64,000 bases of DNA from Xylographa opegraphella (Eukaryota), in assembly GCA_022813865.1 (NCBI GenBank), contig JALDZX010000028.1, positions 62,001 to 126,000 on the forward strand, written 5' to 3'. Below the pieces are notes generated by a model. That model was not told the DNA's origin and searched no databases. It saw only the letters and a program-made list of their open reading frames with translations. Both the position numbers and the translations under genes were made by a program. Shown in pieces: positions 52,101-62,102 of the stretch (its first letter is position 1; the number at the start of each line of letters is the position of its first letter).

Positions 52101-54589
52101 GCTCCAGCTTCAACGCTCCACAATTGGCAGCAAGAGATCACACGATTCGTACCAGGCCTCAAGGTCCTTCCATACTGGGGAACCGCAAAGGACCGGAAAG
52201 TCCTTCGGAAATTCTGGGACCGCAAACACATCACTTACACCAAAGAGTCACCCTTTCATGTTCTGGTGACATCTTATCAACTTGTCGTTCAAGATACACA
52301 ATACTTCCAGAAGATCCGCTGGCAATACATGATCCTCGACGAAGCACAGGCCATCAAATCGTCTCAGAGTTCACGTTGGAAGAGCTTGCTGGGTTTTCAT
52401 TGCCGCAATCGGCTTCTGCTTACCGGTACACCGATCCAGAACAACATGCAAGAGCTGTGGGCGTTGCTCCATTTCATCATGCCCAGTCTTTTCGATTCTC
52501 ATGACGAATTCAGCGATTGGTTTTCCAAGGATATCGAGAGTCATGCACAGAGCAACACGAAGCTCAACGAGGATCAGCTCAAGCGGCTTCATATGATCTT
52601 GAAACCATTCATGTTACGGCGTATCAAGAAGCATGTCCAGAAGGAGCTTGGGGATAAAATTGAGGAAGATATCTTTTGTGATCTCACATACCGCCAGCGA
52701 GCCTACTATGGGAATTTGCGCAACAGGATTAGCATCATGGACTTGATCGAGAAGGCCGCGGTCGGTGACGATCAAGACACCGCGACATTAATGAACCTTG
52801 TGATGCAGTTCAGGAAGGTCTGTAACCATCCGGATCTGTTCGAGAGAGCTGATACGACATCTCCGTTGTCCATGGCTTGTTTTGCAGAAACGGCGTCATT
52901 CATGCGAGAAGGTCACAATGTCAATGTTCCATACTCGACTAGGAATCTGATCGAATACGATCTCCCACGTCTGCTGTGCTCCGAGGAGGCTCGACTTGAC
53001 GTTGCAGGGCCATTAAATCAAAAGGCCGGTTTTCAAACCAAGTACTTGATGCAGCTCATGAACATCTGGACTCCAGAGTACATCCAGCAGAGCGCTACCA
53101 ATCACGAAGCATTTTCGTGGCTACGTTTCTCGGATACTTCGGTAACTGAGGCTTACAATGCGTCCCATCAGGACATCTTCACGCGAGCCGTGCAATCAAA
53201 GAGTGCATTGCCACGACTTGGACGTCTTAAGGTCGTCTATGATGACACTGATGACGATGCAAACTTTACACCAGTGCACGCCCTTTTCAACATTGTTGAG
53301 CGTAATGCTAGGCAGCCCTTGGCTGAGGTGACTGTCGAAGGACACATGCGTAAGCTACTTAATGTTTCGAAGAGTTGCTTCGACGACCTAGGATTGAGCT
53401 CGGTGGAGCAATGTGCACGACCTTCAGCATCTGCTCCTCCAATTGAGATTGTCTGCTCCAATCAAGCCACTGGTATTGAGAATCGCCATACTTTCTTCAA
53501 TGTGCCTATACGGAAAGCTCTATACCGTGTCTCAGAAAAAGATGAACAGGCGCTTCTGGACGCCAAGGTGGATCCGACGTTCTTCCCAGTTCACAACCTG
53601 TTACCAGCTCCTCTCTCGGAGAAGACCAGATTCACCAATATTCAGGTTCCTTCTATGCGCCGTTTCGTGACAGACTCTGGCAAGCTCGCCAAGTTAGACA
53701 TCTTGCTCCGCGAACTGAAGAATGGTGGTCACCGTGTTTTACTCTACTTTCAAATGACGCGCATGATTGATTTAATGGAGGAATACCTTACCTATCGCAA
53801 TTACAAGTATCTCCGCCTCGATGGTTCCACCAAGCTTGAAGATCGAAGAGACACGGTGCACGACTTTCAGACCAGACCAGAAATATTCATCTTCCTTCTC
53901 TCCACGCGTGCTGGTGGTCTTGGAATAAATTTGACGTCCGCGGATACAGTCATCTTCTACGACTCCGACTGGAACCCAACAATTGACTCGCAAGCTATGG
54001 ATCGTGCGCATCGGCTAGGCCAGACAAAGCAAGTCACTGTCTATCGGATGATCACTCGCGGTACCATCGAAGAGCGTATTCGCAAACGTGCATTGCAGAA
54101 AGAAGAGGTCCAACGTGTTGTCATCTCTGGCGGCAGTGGTGCAGGTGTAGACTTCAACACTCGCAGCAAAGAGAATCGGACTAAGGATATCGCCATGTGG
54201 CTTGCTGATGATGAGCAAGCAGAGCTTATTGAGAAGAAGGAAAAGGAGGCTGTAGAGAAAGGCGAAGATGTGAAGAAAGGAGGAAAGAAGAAAGCGACTG
54301 GTGGGCGACGTAAGGACGTCAGCATGGACGATATGTATCATGAAGGCAAGTCGCAACCTCTTCGGAATTCACGAGAATCGGACTAATACCTGCTTTAGGC
54401 GAAGGACACTTCGATGATGGGAGCAACAAACCCTCCGGTGCTGCTACGCCCATCGACACCGAAGCCGCCGTCAAGGGCGGTAAAAAGTGCGCCGGAAAAG
54501 GGAAGGGTTTGTCCAAAAAGGCCAAGACAGCAAAGCAGAGACTGGCAATAGCGGATGCGGAGGGCGATTTGGGTATGGGCAGCATGTAA
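49169..54589 (+). CDS. INO80: Chromatin-remodelling ATPase Ino80 (4 exons)
   Basis: DBINO/HSA region ([19 protein letters not shown]), [16 protein letters not shown] box, split ATPase insertion, [11 protein letters not shown]. Introns 49592-49646, 50436-50516 and 54346-54398. The start could be a downstream ATG such as 49244. Confidence 0.95.
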
Positions 54590-55099
54590 AATTATGGGCT
54601 GCATAGACGGCGGAAAGGATCGAGGCGACGAGCGCTTGGGACGGGAGCATCTGTGGCGTTTATACATGAATGTCGCGCAATCGAGATGGACTAATTGACG
54701 GTGCGGCTGCCCTTCGAGGTGATGCTCTGATCTGCGCTGGCGGACCGGGGTTGCGAGACTGCGTGGATCTGGAGTGGGCGAAGATGTATGGCTACGTGAC
54801 GCGTGGCTTCGTGCTTTAGATCGTGCTGCATACATGGGTACTCCAAATATGCAACGGGAACTACGTTGTGACTGTCTTGAGAATTGTGCTGTGAGGACGA
54901 AGACTGGCAGCGGGTGCCTAGACCTTCATGCCCTCGTAGATCTGGTACCCCATACACTCCATCCCAGTACTTGCTAACTCAGTTGCATACCCAAAGCTCG
55001 CGCCCATCTACTCATCAACGCCTGGAGGATGTGCATATCCTTAAAACACATTGTACGAACGCCGGTACTCCAACCACCCTCACGCTCCAGGTCGACAAA

Positions 55100-55781
55100 T
55101 CATCCGTCGTCGTCCGCCGCACTGCCGTCTCTCCTGCGAAGGGTCAGTAGCAACAACTCCGGCCGACCGTAGCAAGCCAGCATCGAGAAGGGCCCATCAG
55201 GGGCACTCACGGGATATACCGCACCCCGCTATCCTCCAGCTGCTGCAAGATCTCGTCCTGGAGCTACCGAAGCAGAACAGCCGTCAGCCTTTCATCTCCA
55301 CAGACTTCCCATTCCCCTTCCACCTCAAAAATCCCCAGCTGCCTTTTGGCCCCCACCCCCCAACCTTCCCCTTGGGTTCCTAGCGATTAGGAAAGCAGAA
55401 CCACTCACCATGCCAACCACCTTGACCGCGTACACCCCCGGCACGTACCCGTCCAGCCGCTGCCAGCGCGCCACCCAGCTCGTGCTCGGGTCCGCGAGCG
55501 TGATGAGCCCTTCGTACACCTGCGACGTGCACTCCTGGACCGCGTCCGGGTGGTTGGCTAGTTCGAGGAAGGCTTCGCAGTTCGGGCAGCCGTCGCGGAC
55601 GAATTTCTGAACACGACGGAGGGGGCAAACGTCAGCGGGGAATTGTAAGGAGGGGGGGGGTGGAGAAGAGAAGATACGGAGGACAGGGTAGACGGACCGT
55701 TTGTAGTTGCACGATCGAGCAGACCATGCAGGCGCGTAGGTTGCGGAATTGTCCCGGCGCGACGTAGTTGGGGCTCGTCAT
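55100..55781 (-). CDS. SPT4: Transcription elongation factor Spt4 (4 exons)
   Basis: [15 protein letters not shown] zinc ribbon, [30 protein letters not shown]. Confidence 0.95.
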
Positions 55782-56064
55782 GTTGAGGATTGGTGAGATC
55801 GGGGCAGGGCGGGGATGGGAGTTTGGGGGAGTTGGCGAGGCGGAGAATAAGTCGACCTTTGAGGCACGATCAGATATGCCCAACGCGGCATAGCTGCTTC
55901 CGGGATGTTCCCGCAGCTTCGATCTCATTGGTCTGACATCCGCGATTCTCTGCAGTTCGCAGGTTCCTTCGTCATATCCACTCTTTACTCGTTTTTCTGT
56001 TTTTTTGAATACTCTATTGGATAGTCGTTTCTCGCTCCGATTGTAGTCCACTTGTCCGAATATT

Positions 56065-57724
56065 ATGACTTCTGTCGAGGAGGCCGTGGCCTTGAAAACT
56101 AAGGGCAACGAAGCATTCGCAAGCCATGATTGGTCCACCGCTATCGACTTCTATACTCAGGCGATAGAGAAGTACGACAAGGATCCCTCGTTCTTCTGCA
56201 ACCGCGCCCAGGTGAGTTGTGCCGCAGCCCTCGATGTCGGTAGCAGAGGCTGATTGAGGACGTAATGCAGACCAATATCAAACTCGAATCGTACGGTTAT
56301 GCCATTGCAGATGCCACTAAAGCTATTGAGTTGAACCCCAATTACGCCAAGGTACGGTCGCTGAGTGGATTTCATACATCAGAGTCATTGACAATGGGCT
56401 GCAGGCGTATTACCGGAGGGCGGTCGCAAATACTGCCATTTTGAACTCGAAGCACGCCCTGAAGGATTTCAAGACTGTTGTGAAGAAGGAGCCGAACAAT
56501 AAAGATGCTAAACTCAAGCTAGCCGAATGCGAAAAGATCGTTCGACGGTATGAATTCCTTCGGGCGATCGAAGTGGACGATGCTCCGTCGGCGTTTGAGG
56601 GCCTGGACATAGATTCAATGGCCGTGGACACCGGCTATGACGGAGCGAAGCTGGGCAAGGAGATGACACAGGAGTTTATTGATGACATGATTGAACGGTT
56701 TAAAGTCGGCAAGAAATTACACCGCAAGTACGTCTTCCAGATAATACAGGCCGTTCGGAATATCGTGTACGATGAGCCGACCATGGTGGAGATGGAGGTC
56801 GAAAAGGGCCATCAACTCACCGTGTGTGGTGATACGCATGGGCAGTACTTTGATCTATTAGAGATATTCCGATTGAACGGATTCCCCACGGACTCGCATT
56901 ACTACCTCTTCAATGGAGACTTTGTGGATCGGGGGTCTTGGTCTACGGAGATCGCCCTCCTGTTATATTCATACAAGTGGCTACATCCCAAGGCATTCTT
57001 CCTGAACCGAGGCAACCATGAAACGGACGACATGAACCGAGTCTACGGCTTCGAAGGCGAGTGCAAGGCGAAGTACAGTGAACGTGTTTTCAAGCTTTTC
57101 TCCGAATCCTTCTCCGCTCTACCCTTGGCCACCCTCATCGGCAAGAAATATCTCACGCTCCACGGTGGCTTGTTCTCGGACGACAAGACTTCGCTCGACG
57201 ATATAAGGAAACTCAACAGACACGGTCAGCGACAGCCGGGTCAGCAAGGGCTTATGATGGAGATGCTGTGGACGGATCCACAGTCGGCGCCAGGGAGAGG
57301 ACCCAGCAAGCGTGGAGTGGGCATGCAGTTCGGTCCTGATGTAACGAAAAGGTTCTGTGAGGCCAACGGGCTGGAAGCTATCATCCGTAGCCATGAGGTC
57401 CGGATGGAAGGATATGAAGAGGAGCACGACGGAAGGTGCATAACAGGTACGCCATGCGTTGGAAACCCGCCTTTAGTCCTATCTTTGTTGACAAGCTGCA
57501 GTCTTCTCCGCTCCCAAGTACTGCGACAGCACCGAAAACAAAGGCGCCTACATCAACATCGGCCCGGATTACAAGCTCGACTTCCACAAGTTCGACGCCG
57601 TCCCGCATCCTAATATCAAGCCAATGGTAAGTCACTTTTTGTTCGCCCCTGGTTTCCGAAAAAACGTGACTCACAATTTCGCTTACAGGCATACGCGCAA
57701 AATTCTCTCATGTCGATGATGTAG
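56065..57724 (+). CDS. PPT1: Ser/Thr protein phosphatase 5 with TPR domain (5 exons)
   Basis: TPR (KGNEAF...FFCNRAQ), GDTHGQ, GDFVDRG, RGNHE, HGG, FSAPKYCD. Confidence 0.96.
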
Positions 57725-58090
57725 AATGAACCCCCCATTGTCGCAGCACACATCGTCCCATATCTCCGACATAAGTCTCTTTCCATTTTCCTGCATTGCG
57801 TGGTCTGGTCGTCTGTCATCGCCTCGGCGTTTTCTCTTTTTTGTTTACTTATATAAGTGTGCGTTTCCCTCGTCTCGTCGCGGCGGTTTTATTTGGTAAC
57901 GGCTCCGGCGGAAGCCGCTGATCGGTTGGGACGCACATTGTGTAGAACTATATCTCCGTAGGTAGCCAGGCCAACGATATATAACCCGTCGGCTCAATCG
58001 CGCTGGCAGTGCCGGATCCCAGTATTCTTCTTTTGCCCGCGATCCTGACCATCCAGTTGCAGCCCCTCCCACAAATCCCCTGCCCATTAT

Positions 58091-58474
58091 TCAACCCTCA
58101 AACACACTCCTCGCCCCCTCCTGCCGCACCAATCCCCCCAACCACCCCCCCACGCCCCGCACCCTCCACACCACCCCGCCCTCCCCCGCCCACGCCACCA
58201 CCGCCTGCTCCACCGCCGCGCCGTCCTCCCGCGCCAGGCGGAGCCAGCAGTCGCGACCGTCTACTTTGAGAATGTCGATCCCGATCGCGGTCCCGGTCAG
58301 GCCGAGGAACTGGTTCAGCGCTGCGGTCAAGTGGCGTCGTGCTGTGATGGCGTCGAGAGGGGAGACGGGGGAGGGGGGTAGGAGGCTGAGGTGGAGGTAG
58401 GTGTGAGGGAGGGGGAGGGTGGTGGTTGTGGTGCGGGGGGCGGGGGTGTCGTGGTTGGAAAGGGGGGAGGGCAT
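58091..58474 (-). CDS. POP8: RNase P/MRP subunit Pop8-like protein
   Basis: YLHLSL...LDAITARRHLTAALNQFLGLTGTAIGIDILKVDGRDCWLRLAREDG, similar to Pezizomycotina Pop8 as I recall it. The start may be upstream. Confidence 0.72.
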   Translation of the reverse strand: MPSPLSNHDTPAPRTTTTTLPLPHTYLHLSLLPPSPVSPLDAITARRHLTAALNQFLGLTGTAIGIDILKVDGRDCWLRLAREDGAAVEQAVVAWAGEGGVVWRVRGVGGWLGGLVRQEGARSVFEG

Positions 58475-58798
58475 TGCTGGGGGGAAGATGAGTGGAGGCT
58501 GGGTAAGGTAGAGTGGGTAGAGAGGGGTGTCGGAGGGTGGTGGCACGCTGGGATTGGGATCTTCTGCACGATATGCATTTCGAGGAGTGGAAGTGGCTGA
58601 CGGGAGATCGTCCGCGCTAATAGGCGCTAAAGAACAAGGTGACCAAGCGCCGGTGGCATGTGGCGCAGGGCAGTCTCACTCTTAGGTGACAAAGTTTCCT
58701 GATTGACGTTCACTATGCACCACACCGACCGTACCAGCCGGCCAGCTCGACCACCTCTCATCGAACTGACTCGTTGAGTGTCACGATCGAAGAACGCT

Positions 58799-60163
58799 AT
58801 GTCTTCCTCACAAGCTCTAGCCAAGCGGTCCCTGGACACCTCCCTCATGCCACCGCCTCCCCCGTCAAAGCGGATCAAGCGACCGGCGAAAGTCATCGAC
58901 GAGGACACGTACACCGACGCCTTGTCCCACATCATCGCTCGCGACTTCTTCCCCGGGCTCGTGGAAGCCGAGTCCCAGCAAGACTACCTCAACGCCCTCG
59001 ACTCCCAGGACTCGGAATGGATCGAATCGGCCGGAAGGAAGCTCACCGAGGTGATGACGCCCGGGCCCGACGGCAGGAGGATCCGAGGCCGTAGGGGCAC
59101 CAGTATGACGCCCATGACGGGCCTGCACGGCCGCGGTGGAGACACACCAAAAGGCTGGGGCGGAGACACGCCCATGTCGGTCGTCTCCACGCCTTCCACG
59201 GCGACCACCACGCGGACCGAGAAGCCGGACGTGGACACCAACCTCAGCCTCGGCGCCTTCCAGCGGAAATACACCAGCGAGGATAACGAGTCCTTCTACC
59301 GCCTTCTCGACAAGCAGAACCTCAAGAAAAGCGAAAAGTACGCTTGGATGTGGGCCGACAACAAAATCCCTGCCGCGCGCCAGATCGCCCACCGCCAGCG
59401 CCGGGCGCGCCTCCTCGCCGCCAGGAACGCCGACGACTTCGCCGCCGGCGCGACACCCACGCTCGCGATCGAGGACGTCACCCTCGACCAGCGCCCCGCG
59501 ATGCCGGATTCGTGGCCCTCCCGGCCGGAGAACAACCTCATGTTCGGCCCCGCCTCCGTCGAGGACGCCCACCCGACCGTGCAGCAACGAGCGGAGGAGA
59601 CCTCGCGCGCGGCGCCGAAAGCCGTCGTGTACGACAACACGCGCCTCCCCCCCGCACCGACGGACCCCGACCCCGACCCTGCCGCCGCGCCGTCATCACC
59701 CTCCCTCTCCGCCATCCACGCCGCCCTCGCCAGCCACCCCCGCCCCTCCGCCTCCGAAGCCGCCTTCGCCAGCAGCCCCACTACGCCGCGCGTCAACGGC
59801 TACGCCTTCGTCGACGCCAGCCCCTCGCCCTCGCCCTCGCCGTCCTCCCTCCTCGGCCCCGCCGCCGCAGCGCCCAACCCGTTCACCATCAAGGACCGCA
59901 GCAGGCGCGAGGTCCTGCACCACCGTATGGTCGACAGGGTCGCGCGCGGCAAGCGCGCCGCGAGGAGGGAGGCGGAGCTCCGCTCCCCTGTCGCGGTGCC
60001 GCGCTTCGCGAGCAGCCCGCGTGTGGCTGCGAGGGGGGGGTGGACGCCTGCGGCGGAGAGGTTGTTGGGGAGGGTGGGTGGGTTGGGGTCTGGGCTGGGG
60101 GAGGGAGGGACGCCGAGGGTGGGGTCTGGGTTGAGGGGGGAGTGGAGGCCTGGGGGGGCGTGA
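58799..60163 (+). CDS. ESS2: Spliceosome-associated protein Ess2/DGCR14, intronless
   Basis: VIDEDTYTDALSHIIARDFFPGL, LSLGAFQRKYTSEDNESF, NNLMF, NTRL, PRVNGYAFVD, PFTIKD. Confidence 0.88.
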   Translation: MSSSQALAKRSLDTSLMPPPPPSKRIKRPAKVIDEDTYTDALSHIIARDFFPGLVEAESQQDYLNALDSQDSEWIESAGRKLTEVMTPGPDGRRIRGRRGTSMTPMTGLHGRGGDTPKGWGGDTPMSVVSTPSTATTTRTEKPDVDTNLSLGAFQRKYTSEDNESFYRLLDKQNLKKSEKYAWMWADNKIPAARQIAHRQRRARLLAARNADDFAAGATPTLAIEDVTLDQRPAMPDSWPSRPENNLMFGPASVEDAHPTVQQRAEETSRAAPKAVVYDNTRLPPAPTDPDPDPAAAPSSPSLSAIHAALASHPRPSASEAAFASSPTTPRVNGYAFVDASPSPSPSPSSLLGPAAAAPNPFTIKDRSRREVLHHRMVDRVARGKRAARREAELRSPVAVPRFASSPRVAARGGWTPAAERLLGRVGGLGSGLGEGGTPRVGSGLRGEWRPGGA

Positions 60164-60427
60164 AGGTGGAGGGGGTGGTTGGGGAGGGGGGATGGGGTGA
60201 TGGGGATTGGGTTGCATGGTTGGTTTGGTGGGGGGGGGGGGTTGGATGGTAGAGCTGCGTGCGATACCCTGGTTGTAGCTTGCTGGATCTTCAGGCCTGC
60301 ATTAGCTCGTTCCGCTTTTTCTCACTACGTAGCGCGATAGTATCCGTTGCAAAGAAGCGTGCGGTGTGAGTCTAGGCCTTGGTATCTTCCTCCCCATCCC
60401 GCCGCAACGACCACGCAACCCACTGCC

Positions 60428-61397
60428 CTACCGTCCCCTCCCCCTCCCCCTCCCTCTCCCTCTCCCTCTCCCCACCCCCTCCCCCCTCCTCCTCCCTTCA
60501 ATAGCCTCCACATCCCCCCTCCCAAGCACCAACATCCCCCCCCTCCACCTCCCCACCGCCGGCCCCCCTACCTCCCCTTTCCCCCCCTTCCCCCTCCTCC
60601 CCTCCCTCCCCCCCTTCCTCTCCAGCACCACCCCCCCCTCCCTTGCCTCCCTCCTCCTCCCCTCCTCCCGCGCCGCCTTCTTCGCCTCTATGCCCCGCCG
60701 CACCAGCATCGGCATCCGCTGCTGCTCCACCGCCGACCGCTTCGCTCCCAGCGCCTGCACGCGCAGATCGACCGCCCGCTGTCGGGCGGTCAGGCCCGGC
60801 GTTGCGCGTGGGGTGGGCGCGCTGCTGTTTGTGGATGGGGGGTGGAGGAGGTGTGATTCGCTGAGGAGGCGCTGGAGGGCGAGGTCGTTGGCGAGGAGGG
60901 CGCGGTCGGTGGCGTCGGTGGGTGGGGGGGGTGGGGGGTGAGATGTGGGTTTTGTTGCTGCGGGGGTGAGGGTTGGGGGGGTCGGTTTCTGCGATGGGGG
61001 GGGAGTGTTAGATCGCTGGTATTTCGTGCCGCGGGCGCTGCGAGTGAGGGAAGAGGGAGCGTACCATGAATGCCCGCCGCTCCGAGCGCGGCACGTCGGT
61101 CCGTTTCGATGAGCCGGCGGGCGGGGCGTGCGAGATCACCTGCACCCGGGTGGGCCCAGGCGAGGATGTGCTTGAGAGGCCTTCCCAGGCTGAGTCTTCG
61201 TCATCGCTGGGCGGGGCGGAGGGAGGCCCCCCGGGCGTGGTGGTGGTGGTATTGGTGAGAGCTGGGGCGAGCGGAGCGTATTTGGCTTCGAAGTGCTGCT
61301 GGACGAGGGCCCGGAGCTGGCCGGTACTGGAAGGGGAAGGGGGCTCAGGGGAGGAGAGCTGAGAGCGGCGCTTGCGTTTGCCCAGGGTAGTGGTCAT
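60428..61397 (-). CDS. FAF1: Pre-rRNA processing / 40S biogenesis protein Faf1-like (2 exons)
   Basis: LGKRKR, QHFEAKYAPL, ERRAFM, then intron about 60989-61064, then NDLALQRLLSESHLL, QRMPMLVRRGI, GPAVGRWRGGMLVL. Exon 2 (60428-60988) is 561 nt and stays in frame. Confidence 0.8.
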
Positions 61398-61628
61398 GGT
61401 GATAGGTGGAATGAAGTGGTTGCTTGAGAGCGTAGTAGTTGATGGGGTTTTTGGATGCAAGAGTTTGCGGCGCTGTAACACAATAGAATATTGCGTAGGG
61501 CTGAGCCTAGGGGTTTGGCTAGTGGCATTCATGCGCGTCGTGCGGCAGACGCGCTTATGTGCATTTCGAGGCTGGTACTTAAATCAGTGGAAATGAGCGT
61601 CCCTATGTGAGTGGATTGAGGACTGCAA

Positions 61629-61964
61629 TGCCGAATGATGACCTGCCTTATGGTGCTTAGAATTCGCATATAGGCCTGGTGCTGCTCAACGGAGCTCTTA
61701 TTTCTCATTGTTTTGGGGCACCGTTGAAAGCAAGATCCTACAGTAGCTTTTCTGGAAAGCTGATAGGGTTCTCAACGCTTGATATGATGCCGTCTACCCG
61801 GCCGGCATTGAATGGCGACTCATCAAATTGGTAGACAGGGGTAAATTTAAAGCTTGATGCTCTCGATTAAAGACTTCCCAATCTGTGGCTCGGCGACGGA
61901 ACCTATAAAGGAAAGCAAGGGCTCAGCAGAAAATCACTGAGGCACCTTTGAGCCTAAGACAAGC
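61629..61964 (+). ncRNA. Candidate structured non-coding RNA (snoRNA-like, family unassigned)
   Basis: Box C-like ATGATGA at 61635, four to five consecutive hairpins with G-U pairs on the + strand, CTGA at 61937 flanked by complementary TGCC/GGCA, and ACA at 61959. Confidence 0.3.
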
Positions 61965-62102
61965 CGTTTGAACAGCACTTAAGACGAGTTCTTCTTACAA
62001 CTTCTTGATAGTATAACTGATCGTACTTTTTCTAAGCAACAAGTTGAAAAAAAAGCCGACATGGGAAATTTCACAGCTCAAAGAACAGCGCATCTCAGTT
62101 CT

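Noticed and set aside
58865..60941. Many long overlapping or antisense ORFs over ESS2 and FAF1
   Set aside because: Explained by stop-codon scarcity in very GC-rich sequence. The translations are low-complexity.
61690..61890. RNase MRP or SRP RNA identity for the structured region
   Set aside because: Partial motifs only (GGAAGTCTTT on the - strand, GACTGCAATGCC just upstream on the + strand). No P8 GARAR stem-loop and no SRP rod or helix-8 motif.
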